Assembly (NCBI RefSeq): GCF_026626665.1 | Contig: NZ_JAPNKE010000002.1 | Span: 3,565,168 to 3,629,167 of the forward strand | From: Nannocystis pusilla | GTDB lineage: Bacteria; Myxococcota_A; Polyangia; Nannocystales; Nannocystaceae | DNA length: 64,000 bases | Direction: 5' to 3' | In this document: piece after piece, positions 18,551 to 28,864 of the stretch | Numbering within the stretch: position 1 is the stretch's first letter | How the letters are laid out: every line of letters starts with the position of its first letter | Notes under the pieces: model-generated | Told to the model about the DNA's origin: nothing | Seen by the model: only the letters and a program-made list of their open reading frames with translations | Database searches by the model: none | Made by a program: the position numbers and the translations under genes

Positions 18551-20329
18551 GTGTCACGATCCCTACCACGATACCTGGCCGCGCTGGCCCTGTTCGCGCC
18601 GGCGATCGGCTGCGGCGGCGGAGGCGGAGGCGGCAACGACGATGCCGGCGCGACCGTCGGCGCCACGGAGAACCCCGGACCGACCCAGGGTTCTGCCGGG
18701 ACCGACGGCGGCGATCCGACGGAAGGCGGCACCGACACCAGCGACGATCCGACCGGCGGCAGCCAGCCCGTCTCGTGCGACGAGGGCCCGCAACCGGGGC
18801 CGATGCCGCGGCTCGTCCGGCTCACCCACTCGCAGTACGACCTCACCGTCGCCGACCTCCTGAAGTTGAACCTCGACCCGCTGCCCTCGGCCGAGTTCCT
18901 GGCCGACCCAGCGGTCGCCGGCTTCGACAACAACGCCCAGCAGATGGTCGTCAAGGATCGCCTCGGCCGCGACTATCGCCGCGCCGCCGAGCGCCTCGCC
19001 GGCGAGGCCACCAAGCCCGACGCCCTCGCCGCCCTGCTGCCGTGTCAGCCCGAGGGCGACGGCTCGCAGTGCGCCGCGCAGTTCGTCGCCGAGTTCGGCC
19101 GCCGCGCCTTCCGTCGCCCGCTCACCCCGACCGAGCAGACCACCTACAGCGGCCTGTTCAGCCAGGGCGCCGGCCTCTACCCCGAGGGCACCCCGTTCGA
19201 GCAGGGCATCCGCTTCATCATCGAGGCCATGCTGCAGTCGGGGCACTTCCTCTACCGCGTCGAGCTGAGCGACAGCGTCGACAGCGACCAGGTCATCCCG
19301 CTCGCCGGCTACGAGCTCGCCTCGCGCCTGTCCTACTTGCTGTGGGGCAGCATGCCCGACGAAGCCTTGCTCGCCGCCGCCGAGGCCGGCGAGCTCGACA
19401 CCGCCGAGGGCGTCGAGGCGCAGGCGCGGCGCCTGCTCGACAGCCCCAAGGCCGAGGCGCCCGTCGCCGACTTCCACCGCCAGTGGCTCGAGCTCGACAA
19501 GGTCGACAACCTCCAGAAGAACAGCGACCTCTACCCCGAGTTCAACAAGGCCCTCGCCCACGCCATGCGCGAGGAGACCCAGCGGTTCGTGCGTCACGTC
19601 GTGTTCGAGCTCGAGGGCGACTACGCCGCCCTGCTCACCGCCCCCGTCACCTTCGTCAACGCCGAGCTCGCCGCCCTCTACGGCCTGCAGGGCCAGTTCG
19701 GCGCCGAGTTCACCGAGGCCGCCCTCGACCCGCAGAAGCGCGCCGGCATCCTCACCCAGCCGAGCTTCCTCGCCACCCACGCCTACCAGAGCATGTCGTC
19801 GCCGATCTTCCGCGGCGCCTTCGTGCAGAAGCAGATCCTCTGCACGCCGCCGCCGCCCCCGCCCGGCGGCATCGACCCCAACCTGCCGCCGCTCGGCGAC
19901 GACATCGTCACCACCCGCGATCAGGTCGAGGCTCACACCCAGCAGGACCCGTACTGCGCCGGCTGTCACAAGGGCATCATCAACCCGCCCGGCTTCGCCT
20001 TCGAGCACTACGACGCCCTCGGCAAGTGGCGCGACCTCGACAACGGCGCCCCCGTCGACGCCAGCGGCGAGGCCGTCTCGGGCTCGTGGCTGCTCTCGTT
20101 CACCGACGCGGTCGACATGGTGGGTCAGATCGGCGAGTCCGCCAACGGCACCCGCTGCTACCTCACCAACTGGTTCCGCTACGGCTACGGCCGCGACGTC
20201 GCCCCCATCGATCGCTGCACGATCGACGCCCTCGACGCCGAGCTGGCCGCCTCGGGCTACAACATCAAGGAGCTGCTGGTGTCCCTCACTTTGACCCGAA
20301 CCTTCCGCTTCCGCGCGGTGGAGGAGTGA
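18551..20329 (+). CDS. DUF1592/DUF1595/DUF1587-type secreted protein (PSCyt/PSD-like), partner of DUF1552
   Basis: 592 aa from a GTG start with an AGGAGG RBS 8 nt upstream. Lipoprotein-like signal (FAPAIGCGG). A single CAGCH motif. Composition typical of the DUF1592 family, which pairs with DUF1552. Confidence 0.75.
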   Translation: MSRSLPRYLAALALFAPAIGCGGGGGGGNDDAGATVGATENPGPTQGSAGTDGGDPTEGGTDTSDDPTGGSQPVSCDEGPQPGPMPRLVRLTHSQYDLTVADLLKLNLDPLPSAEFLADPAVAGFDNNAQQMVVKDRLGRDYRRAAERLAGEATKPDALAALLPCQPEGDGSQCAAQFVAEFGRRAFRRPLTPTEQTTYSGLFSQGAGLYPEGTPFEQGIRFIIEAMLQSGHFLYRVELSDSVDSDQVIPLAGYELASRLSYLLWGSMPDEALLAAAEAGELDTAEGVEAQARRLLDSPKAEAPVADFHRQWLELDKVDNLQKNSDLYPEFNKALAHAMREETQRFVRHVVFELEGDYAALLTAPVTFVNAELAALYGLQGQFGAEFTEAALDPQKRAGILTQPSFLATHAYQSMSSPIFRGAFVQKQILCTPPPPPPGGIDPNLPPLGDDIVTTRDQVEAHTQQDPYCAGCHKGIINPPGFAFEHYDALGKWRDLDNGAPVDASGEAVSGSWLLSFTDAVDMVGQIGESANGTRCYLTNWFRYGYGRDVAPIDRCTIDALDAELAASGYNIKELLVSLTLTRTFRFRAVEE

Positions 20330-21747
20330 TGACCATGAGACGGCGCAACTTCCTGCGAGGCGCGTGCGGAGTCGCGGTCGCGCTGCCCTTCCTCGAGTCG
20401 CTCGGCTGGCGGCGCTTCATCAAGACCGCCAGGGCGGCCGAGCCCGGCGGCAAGCGGCTGGTCGTGTTCTTCATGTGCAACGGCGTCAACATGGAGAGCT
20501 TCTTCCCCGCCGCGCCCGGCCCGCTGACGGCCGCGTCGCTGATGGGCACCAGCATCGAGCCGCTGGCCGACTACGCCGGCAAGCTGCTGATCCCTCGCGG
20601 CATGCACATGGTGCCCAAGGGTTGGGGCCAGGACGCCGACACCCCCGGGGACGACCACGCCAAGGGCATGGGCCACAAGCTCACCGCCGAGGCCCTCGAT
20701 CCGGGCACCCTCTACGCCCGCGGGATCTCCGTCGACCAGCGCGCCGCCCAGGAGCTCAACCAAGACGGCAGCCCGTCGATGACGCTCTCCGTCGGCTGGC
20801 GCCACACCAACTGGCTCGGCCACATCTCCTACGCCGGCAACAACACGCCGGTCACGCCCGAGGGCAACCCGTGGCTGACCTACCAGGACCTCATGGGCCT
20901 GGGCGGCCTCGACGAGGCGGTGAAGATGCAGATCGCCACGCGCCGGCAGAGCGTGCTCGACCTCGTCGAGGAGGAGTTCAAGGCGCTCAAGGCCAAGAAC
21001 CTCAGCCAGGCCGACGCCCAGAAGCTCGAGATGCACGCCGACTCGATCCGCGACCTCGAGATCGACATGGTCGGCAACGGCCTCATCGAGTGCGCCCTCG
21101 ACCCGGCGCGGGCCGCCGAGATCGAGGCCATCGACCCCGACTCGGTGCTCGAGGACTGGCAGTTCAAGACCATCGGTCTGATGCAGCTCGACATCCTCGC
21201 CATGGCGGTCGCCTGCGGGGCCACCAGCGTCGGCAGCATCCAGTGGGCCTCGGGCTCCGGCGGCCCGATCTACAAGTGGGACGGCATGAACCACGAGTTC
21301 AACCACCACAAGCTGTCGCACGGCAACACCAAGGACGACAACTCGGGCGAGGAAGTGGCCGGCTACCTCGAGATGCTGACCCAGATCGATCGCTGGCACG
21401 CCGAGCAGTACCGCCACCTGCTCGACCGCCTGTCCTCGTACAGCGAGGGCGACGGCACCGTGCTCGACAACAGCGCCGTCGTCTGGTTCAACGAGCTGTC
21501 CGACGGCAAGGCCCACTCGTACCTCGACCTGCCCGTCATCATCGCCGGCGGCGCCGGCGGCTACCTCAAGCAGGGCCACTACATCGACCTCATCGACGGC
21601 CAGGACCCGTGGGTCCAGACCCACCCGCACAACCGCCTGCTCATCACCCTGCTCAACGCCGTCGGCTGCACCGACAACGGCGGCCCGGTCACGCAGTTCG
21701 GCCGCGCCGGCCTCGAGCAGGGCGAGTACGGCGAGCTGCTGGCCTGA
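20329..21747 (+). CDS. DUF1552 family protein with Tat signal peptide
   Basis: 472 aa. Twin-arginine motif [21 protein letters not shown]. Start overlaps the upstream stop (TGATG). The track ORF 18469..21747 is a spurious read-through. Confidence 0.75.
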   Translation: MTMRRRNFLRGACGVAVALPFLESLGWRRFIKTARAAEPGGKRLVVFFMCNGVNMESFFPAAPGPLTAASLMGTSIEPLADYAGKLLIPRGMHMVPKGWGQDADTPGDDHAKGMGHKLTAEALDPGTLYARGISVDQRAAQELNQDGSPSMTLSVGWRHTNWLGHISYAGNNTPVTPEGNPWLTYQDLMGLGGLDEAVKMQIATRRQSVLDLVEEEFKALKAKNLSQADAQKLEMHADSIRDLEIDMVGNGLIECALDPARAAEIEAIDPDSVLEDWQFKTIGLMQLDILAMAVACGATSVGSIQWASGSGGPIYKWDGMNHEFNHHKLSHGNTKDDNSGEEVAGYLEMLTQIDRWHAEQYRHLLDRLSSYSEGDGTVLDNSAVVWFNELSDGKAHSYLDLPVIIAGGAGGYLKQGHYIDLIDGQDPWVQTHPHNRLLITLLNAVGCTDNGGPVTQFGRAGLEQGEYGELLA

Positions 21748-21811
21748 GAGACAGGTCCGCCGCGCTACGCACCGAGGACCCGCGCGCTCCGGCCCGCGGG
21801 TCCTCGCGCGT

Positions 21812-22303
21812 TCAAGTCAGCGGCTTTCGCATCTTCACGCACGCCATGGCCCGGCCGCTGCGCAGCGTGTGCATCGCCGGGCCCTCGCTCACGAACCCGC
21901 GGGCCGCGTAGAACGGCACCGCCACCAGCGACGCGTCGACCCGGATCTCGCTCGCACCGCGGGCGCGCGCCACGGCCTCGGCGGCCGCGAACAGCGACGA
22001 GCCGACGCCGCGGCGACTGGCGCGACCGCGGACGTAGACCGCGACGCGGTGGTCCCCGGCCTCGACGCGATGCGCCGCGAAGCCGACGACCTGCGCGTCC
22101 GCGTCGACCGCCACGAAGAACTGCTCGCCCTGGCGCATCGCCTGCACGTAGCGCTCTCCCGTCCGCGGGCTCGCCCAGTCCGCCACCACCTCATGCGCGT
22201 ACGCCGACGAACCCAGCGAGCGGATGGCGTCGACGTGCGCCTCGGCGATCGCGGCCGCGTCGTCGCAGCTCGCCGGACGGACCTGGAACTCGCTGGCGGA
22301 CAT
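21812..22303 (-). CDS. GNAT family N-acetyltransferase
   Basis: About 163 aa from MSASEFQVRPAS…. Acetyl-CoA-binding motif region (…VYVRGRASRRGVGSSLFAAAEAVARARGASEI…). Confidence 0.6.
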   Translation of the reverse strand: MSASEFQVRPASCDDAAAIAEAHVDAIRSLGSSAYAHEVVADWASPRTGERYVQAMRQGEQFFVAVDADAQVVGFAAHRVEAGDHRVAVYVRGRASRRGVGSSLFAAAEAVARARGASEIRVDASLVAVPFYAARGFVSEGPAMHTLRSGRAMACVKMRKPLT

Positions 22304-22401
22304 CGACCGCGATGGTACCGCCGCGGCAGCACGCGCGCACGCACCAGGTCGCGCTGGCACGACGGCCATCGTCGTGCATGCTCCCCGCGGAGACCTCCCC
22401 G

Positions 22402-22947
22402 ATGCCGACCACCTACCACGGCAGCTGTCACTGCGGCGCCATCCGCTTCGAGGCCGACATCGACCTTGCCGCCGGCATTCGCAAGTGCAACTGCAGCTTC
22501 TGCTGGAAGCTCGGCTACCGCAAGGCGCTGGTGCCCTACCCCGCCGTGCGCATCACCGCCGGCCAGGACGCCGTGAAGGACTACCAGCCGACCCCGCTGC
22601 ACTGGCCGCCCGGCGACATCAACCACTATCACTGCGGCCATTGCGGCGCACACGTGTGCTCGCGCGGCTACCTCGAGAAAGAGATGGGCGGCGACTTCTG
22701 GGCCGTCAACGTCGCCTGCCTCGACGACGCCACCGAGGAGGCGCTGGCCGCCGCGCCCGTCATCTACGAGGACGGCAAGCGCGACCGCCAGGACCGCCCC
22801 CGGCGATCACCGGGTATCTCTGACCGTCCGCGTCAGAGTGCAGCCGCGCAGGTCCGGCGCTCGAGGGCTCGGCAACGACCCGGCACGGCTCACTGCAGCG
22901 CCCGCTCGTCGGCCCGCTCCCCGTCGTCCGTCACAAGCCATGTCTGA
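22402..22947 (+). CDS. GFA (glutathione-dependent formaldehyde-activating / CENP-V-like) family protein; C-terminal end uncertain
   Basis: MPTTYHGSCHCGAIRFE…CNCSFCWKLG…HYHCGHCGAHVC zinc-binding Cys pattern. The tail after about 22810 is low-complexity and Arg-rich. An alternative stop at 22823 is reachable by a 1 nt shift in a C5 run. Confidence 0.55.
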   Translation: MPTTYHGSCHCGAIRFEADIDLAAGIRKCNCSFCWKLGYRKALVPYPAVRITAGQDAVKDYQPTPLHWPPGDINHYHCGHCGAHVCSRGYLEKEMGGDFWAVNVACLDDATEEALAAAPVIYEDGKRDRQDRPRRSPGISDRPRQSAAAQVRRSRARQRPGTAHCSARSSARSPSSVTSHV

Positions 22948-23030
22948 ACGAACATGTGAAGAAGGACATGGTTTCGTGGACATGTCTTATTCAACATGTC
23001 TCTTGGACCATCAACAGAACGCCTGTCCCC
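22935..23030. repeat. Intergenic GACATGTC-core repeat array
   Basis: ccatgtctgaacgaacatgtgaagaaggacatggtttcgtggacatgtcttattcaacatgtctcttgg. Confidence 0.7.
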
Positions 23031-23148
23031 CGGCGGCCCGAAGCCGTGGCTCGAGCCGCCGGCGGAGGTCGCGCGCCGGCGCTTGCTCGGAGTCATCGAC
23101 CGCAGCGCGTCCGCACTCACGCGCGCTCTCGCGTGAACACGTCCGCAC

Positions 23149-24854
23149 TCACGCGCGCTCTCGCGTGAACGCATCGAGCTCGGCGAGCGGCGCCTCGTCG
23201 GCGATCACCCGCGCCAGCGCAGCCACCAGCTCGATCTGCGGATGCCCCTCGCCTCGCGCCCGCGCCACGTTCGCCGTCAGGTCCCACCCCGGCGAGCGGA
23301 CCCCGGCCCTCAGCGCCGCGAGCAGCTGCGGCAGCGCGTCCGGGCACAGCTCCGGCGCGTGCGCGAGCGCGTAGAAGCACAGCTCGCAGCGCAGCGCCGA
23401 CTCCGGCTCCGACGCCTCCAGCGCGCGCGCCAGCAGCTCGCGGCCCTCCGCCGCGCGACCCTCCGCGAGCAGCAGCCGGGCGAAGTTCCCGAGCAAGCTG
23501 CCGTCGTCCGGCTCGATCGCCAGCGCCCGGCGGTACAGCGCCTCCGCCCCGGCCGCATCGACGAACGCGCTGACGCGAAAGTTCGCGTAGTTGCCGAGGT
23601 GGTGCGCGTCCTCCGGCGCCAGCGCGATCGTCTCGCGGTAGCACGCGTCGGCGCGCTCCCGATCGCCGCGGATCAGCGCGAGGAAGTTGGCGAAGTTGCC
23701 GCGATGGTCGGCGTCCTCGCCGTCAGCGGCCAGCGCCCGTTCGTAGTACGCCTCGGCCAGATCGTGCTCGCCGCCCACGTCGCTGAGGAACGCCGCGAAG
23801 TTGCCGAGCATGTCCGCGTGCTCGGGCACCTCCGCCAGAAATTTTCGTAAAAGCCGCGCGCCAGCGGGTTGCCGGCCCGGTGCAGCGCCGTGGCGAAGCT
23901 CGCGTGGATCGGCGCATCGGCCGGCAACGCCTCCACCAGGAGCGAGAACACCGGATCTCCGGCGCCCGGCCCCGCGTGCTCGCGCAACCAGCCCAGCGTC
24001 GCCGCCAGGGACTCGCCGCTCGGCTCGACCACCTTCGCCACCCGCACCAGCGACACGACGCGCGGCCACGCCTCTTCAGCGATCGCCGCCTCGATCGCGC
24101 GGAGGATCGATCGCACCTCGAACCCCGCGTCGAGCACCATCACACGCGCGAGCTCGACGTGCGCCGCGAGGATCGGCCCGCGCTCGCTCGCCCGCTCGTC
24201 CAGGGCCGCGCGCGGGTGCTGCGGGATCACCAGGGACAGCTCGATCCCCGCCGCGCGCCGCCGCCTCGCGCACCGCCCTCAGCTCGTCCTCGCCGACCGG
24301 CAGCGGGCTGCCCACCACCCGCGTCGCCAGCCCCGCGTCCTCGCAGCGACGCACCAGCTCGGCCGCGCCGGCCACGTGCTGGCGATCGAGCGCCGTGAAC
24401 AGCACCACGCGATCGGCGAGCGCCCGCACCCCGCGCTCGGCCGCCCGCGATGAACCAGTCGGCGCGTCGATCAGCACGACGTCGGCGACGTCGGCCCCCG
24501 CGATCGCCCGGCGCAGCTCGTCCCACGCCGCGCCCCGTTCCGCGGCCGCCCACCCGTCCAGTCGATCCCAATATCCGCACCGAGCCGCCCCGCCGGCAGC
24601 ACCCGCAGCCCCTCGCCGATCGCCACGCACCGCTCGACGAGCGCCTGTGCATCGCCCCGACTGGCCGCCCACTCGACGATCCCTTCGCCGTCCGTGGCGG
24701 CGATCCGCGTCAGCCCCGGCGCCTCGAGGTCGAGGTCCACCAGCAGCACCCGCAGCCCGCGCGCCGCCAGCACCCGCCCCACGCCCCACACGGCCAGAGT
24801 GCGCCCCACCCCGCCATGAGCCGACCAGCACGCGATGAACGACGGCGTCTGCAT
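23149..24854 (-). CDS. ParA/MinD-like ATPase (KGGVGR-type deviant Walker A) fused to a C-terminal TPR domain; at least 3 apparent frameshifts
   Basis: N-terminus from the ATG at 24854: MQTPSFIACWSAHGGVGRTLAV…LVDLDLEAPGL. Continues in ORF 24076..24831 (…VVLIDAPTGSS…), then ORF 23673..24230, then the TPR ORF 23149..24069 (…GNFAAFLSDVG…AYYERALA…). One junction is in an aaaatttt run near 23850. Confidence 0.5.
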
Positions 24855-24929
24855 GCCCGAGTCTTACCGCGCGAGGCCCTCGCTCGCGCCCCCGCTCCAG
24901 CGTGCGATTCCCCCGGTCGCCCGCCCCGC

Positions 24930-25360
24930 CGACATGGCTTCAGAGCCAGATTCACTCGGGTCCCGCGTCCCTGAGCCGCCCATCGCCCCGTCGAGCTAGC
25001 GACATGGCTCCAAGGACATGTCATTCGAGACCGCCGCCTCCGTCTCACCCTTCCCGGGTTTCATACATGTCCTCGAGGACATGTCCTTAAAGGCATCCCG
25101 ACTCGGCCTCCTCCCATGCCGCGGCACCCGAAGTGCCCTTCCACACATGTCCTTCAAGACATACCGTTTCAGCCCTCGCGGTCAAGGCCTCCCGCGATGT
25201 CCGTATGGACATGTCCTTTCAGACACTCCTTTTCTGCCCCCGGCGTCCCGAACGCGTCCTGAAGCCGTCTTCTCCGAGAAATTTCGCCCCAGCCCACGTC
25301 TGCCTGTCCCGGCCTTTCAGACATGCCCTCAAGGACATGTCCTCTCAGACATCCCGAGAC
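24930..25360. repeat. Intergenic array of AGGACATGTCCT-type palindromic repeat units (at least 8 copies)
   Basis: gacatgtcattcgagacc…ctcgaggacatgtccttaaagg…acatgtccttcaagacatacc…ggacatgtcctttcagacactcc…caaggacatgtcctctcagacatccc. Confidence 0.8.
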
Positions 25361-25432
25361 GTTCACGCCTCTGCTCCGTTTTGCCGTCACATTCGCGCGC
25401 CCGTCGCCCCGCCCGAGCCCCGGGCGCCCCGA

Positions 25433-27876
25433 TCACCCCTGCGCATCCCTCTCCGCGGGAGCCGCAGCCACCCGGGCCGCCACGCGAGCGCGGCGATCCT
25501 CGCCGCTCCACCGCGCCAGCGCCCCCAGCAGCCCCAGCGCCGCCAGCGGCCACAGCGGCGCCAGCGGATCGCGTCGCGCCTGTCGTTCTGTCCACGTCGC
25601 CGGCCGCTCCCACGCGAACCGCCGCGTCTCCGTCGACACCGGCGCCAGCCCGTGCCGCGCGCGCACCTCGGGGTCCAGCTGCGCGAACGGCTCGTCCGCG
25701 CAGCTCACCTGCGCCACCACCCGCACCTGGTGTCGCGCCGCGAAGTGCTCGCGCGGGTCGCTGCCGGGCGGCGGCAACGGAGCGCGCAGATTCTCGAGCA
25801 GCACCTCGCGCGGCGGCTCGCCCGCGTGCTCGAGCGCCCAGCGGCGGCACAGATAGCGCGCGTGCCACCGCGCCAGCTTCTCGCGCTGCCCGAGCACGTT
25901 GTCGCCGATCTTCCGCCAGCGGTCGTGCCACACGTGCGGCCGCGGCAGGTCGTCCTCGCGCTGCGGCTCCGCCCCGAAGCGATGCCGTTCCCCCGTCGCG
26001 TCGACCACCGTCGCCCGCAGCAGGTTCTGCTCGCGCGGCGGGTTGGGGGCGAACATCGCCCACACCTGGCTCGTGAAGCTCAGCTCGATCCACGGCCCCA
26101 CCAGCGCCCGCGCCTGCGAACGCCACGGCACACTCGACCAGGCAGGCAGTTGCCACACCAGCAGCGCCACCACGTGGTACGCGACCAGCCCGCCCGCAGC
26201 GAGGCGTCCCGCCGGCCCGTGGGCCCACGGCTCGCGCAGCTCGATCACCGCGCCGCGATCGCGCCGCGCCATCCGCCAACCCACGATCGTCAGACCTGTC
26301 CCTGCGGCCAGCCACGCAATGTGCCACGCCCGCGCCCCTGTCCCGCCGATCAGCGCGATCGCCCCGCCGGCCAGCACCAGCCCGCCTGCCCCCGCGATCG
26401 CCCACCCCGGCAGCGCCGCCGCGTCGTGGTGCAGGTGCGGCAGCGACGGGTCCTCGCAAGCTGTCTCTTCGCGCAGGTGCTCGGGGACAGGTACACCCCG
26501 CCGCGCCAGCCCGCGCAGCGCTCGCTGCAGCGTCGCCACCGCCCACGGACCTGCCCCACAGACCAGGTAGACGCTGATCGTCGCCGGCGCGAACGCCCCC
26601 ACCGCCAGCAGCGCGTGGTTGCCGAGGTGAAACAGCAGCCCGAACCCGAGCCACCACTTCGGCGCCAGCGGCCCCGCGGCCAGCCGCCGCGCCGCCGCCC
26701 CGGACCGCGGCCCCGCGATCGCCACCGCCGCGCACACGGCGGCCAGCACCGCCAGCGCCGCGGCCCGCTCCGCCGCCCCCGGCGTGCCTGGCTTTTCGAC
26801 CAGGTCCACAGGGACAGCCGCGGCGATCGCCGCCGCCGCCGCCAGCCCGCCCCAGCACACCCGGGCCGCCGCCGCCGCGGACCCACGCAGCGCCGGCGTC
26901 CCCGAGCGCGCGAGCGCCCTCGCGGCCAGCCCGACCAGCACCAGCGGGAACAGCCGCTCCCACCACATCACGCCCCAGCGGCCAGGCGCAGCGGCCACGG
27001 CCCCATCGCCGCGATCGCGGCCGACATGTCCCAACGGACATACGTGTCGCGCAGCAGCACGAACTGCAGCACGTCCCCCGTCTGCCACGACGTCCCGGCC
27101 TTGACCCACCCGTTGGCCGCGTAGCACAGCACCAATTGGCCGGCCATCAGCGCCTGCGGCCAGGCCGGGATCCGGCGATAGATCGCCGCCAGCCCATGGG
27201 GCGCCGCGGCCGACGGGCCCGCGCCCGCGCCCCCACCTGGCCCCGAGGGCATGCTCAAAAGGCCACGTCTTCGCAATGCCCGGCAGCGGCGCCAGTTGTC
27301 CACGCTGTAGGCCGCCCCGCAGCGCGACCACATCAGCAGGAACAGGAACGCGCAGAACACCTGCTCTCCACCCCAGTGGGCCTCGCCGCGGCGCAGCAGC
27401 CCGGCGTAGAGCAACCACGAGGCGATCGCGCTGAGCCGCGTGCGAAACCCCAGCGTGAGCGCCAGCGCTGCCGCGAAGAGCAGGCCGAGGTGTGCCCCGA
27501 CCACACCCGGGCTGTCGGCGAAGTAGAGCGGCGACCAGCGCCCGCTGATCACGAAATCGAGGACCGCGGTCGCGTCGCGCGGGCCCGCGGGCTCGCGCAC
27601 CCCGTCGCCGAAGCCGATCAGCGCCCCGCGGCCCATCCGCTCCGGAACGGCGGCCCGCGGCAGGAGCCCCTCATCGGAGAACAGATACGCGGCGAGCGGC
27701 GCGATCTCGAGCAAGTTGACGAGTAGACAGCAACCGAACGCGATCCGCAGCAGCGCCAGCGGCCGCGGATCGACCGCGCGCAGCAGCACCCGGCGCAGCC
27801 CCTCGCGGTATAGAGCGACGAGGCCGACCAGGCTCGCAGCCGTCAGGGCGAGCGCCACCGCGAGTCCCGGAGACAC
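25433..27876 (-). CDS. HTTM-domain (vitamin K-dependent gamma-carboxylase-like) integral membrane protein, apparent frameshift near 27000
   Basis: N-terminal ORF 26968..27876 from a GTG start: LALLRIAFGCCLLVNLLE…HTTM-like. Continues in the frame of ORF 25433..27418 (…WHIAWLAAGTGLTIVGW…FAPNPPREQ…). The first about 250 aa of that track ORF are spurious. Confidence 0.55.
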
Positions 27877-27965
27877 CGGTTCAGTGTACCCGACGCCGGG
27901 CGGACCCGGTCCCGCGCTGGCAGATTTTCTGGTCGCCTGCGCCCTCGATCTGCTAAGGTCCGGGC

Positions 27966-28538
27966 ATGTCTTCGCTTATCGATTGCCCCGAATGCGCCTG
28001 TCTGTTCCGAGCCTCCGACGCGACCTGCCCGTTCTGCGGTCACGTTCAGCGTCACTCGCTCGGCGCGACGTGGGCCGCCGTCGCCTTCACCGCCAGTCTG
28101 GGAGTGATGGGCGCCGCCTGCCAGGTCGACCGCGACATCGGCGACGAGACGTCGGCCACCGCCGGCGACACCGTCGACACCGCCGATACGGTCGACACCT
28201 CGATGGTCTCCGAATCGACCAACCCCGGCGGTGACACCGTCGACCCGACGATCACCACCTCCAGCGACGGCGCCACCTATGCCGGCCCCGACGAGGAGTG
28301 GGACACGTGGGGCGACACCACCACCACGACCGGCGATACGTCGACCACGACGAACACCACGCCGGGCACGACCACGACCACGACGACCAACAGCACCAAC
28401 GACTCGTCCGACGCCAGCACCTACGCCGGCCCCGACGAGGAGTGGACCACGACCGACTGGACGACCTCCGACGACTCGTCCGACGCCAGCACCTACGCGG
28501 GCGCCGACTCGTGGGAGCCCAACGACCAGGGCCGCTGA
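27966..28538 (+). CDS. Zinc-ribbon / single-TM protein with Thr/Asp-rich repetitive extracytoplasmic region
   Basis: N-terminal CPEC…CPFC zinc ribbon. TM helix (ATWAAVAFTASLGVMGAAC). Then repeats DASTYAGPDEEW(T/D)T… and poly-Thr. Confidence 0.6.
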   Translation: MSSLIDCPECACLFRASDATCPFCGHVQRHSLGATWAAVAFTASLGVMGAACQVDRDIGDETSATAGDTVDTADTVDTSMVSESTNPGGDTVDPTITTSSDGATYAGPDEEWDTWGDTTTTTGDTSTTTNTTPGTTTTTTTNSTNDSSDASTYAGPDEEWTTTDWTTSDDSSDASTYAGADSWEPNDQGR

Positions 28539-28579
28539 GCCCAGCACCGCTCGCCCGCACCCGGCCGCGTGCCCGCACG

Positions 28580-28783
28580 AACCTGTCCGTGCGGACATGC
28601 GGTTTTCTCGTCGCCGCTCCGGCCGGCGCGTCCGCGCCGGGCGAACGTGTGGCCTGCGTTTCACGCGGTCGAGCCGTGGCACACGCCGAGATCGCGGACG
28701 GAGCCGCCTCGACGAACGACACGCGGCCCAGCCGCTCCTGCGGCGATGACGTCATGACTTCGGGGACATGTCCCCGAAGTCAT
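28580..28783. repeat. Intergenic repeat array between convergent genes, including a 30 bp perfect palindrome
   Basis: gaacctgtccgtgcggacatgcgg…. Perfect palindrome atgacttcggggacatgtccccgaagtcat at 28754-28783. Confidence 0.8.
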
Positions 28784-28864
28784 CCTCGTATTCGGCGCCG
28801 AGTGCCGCGAAACCGCCCGACGCGAATCACTGCGCGCCGCCTCGGCGCCGCGGCGACGCGCCCG

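Noticed and set aside
18469-21747. Single 1092 aa ORF in the track
   Set aside because: It is a read-through. The first about 620 aa are Arg-rich nonsense in the wrong frame over the DUF1592 gene. Only the last 472 aa (from the ATG at 20329) are the real DUF1552 gene.
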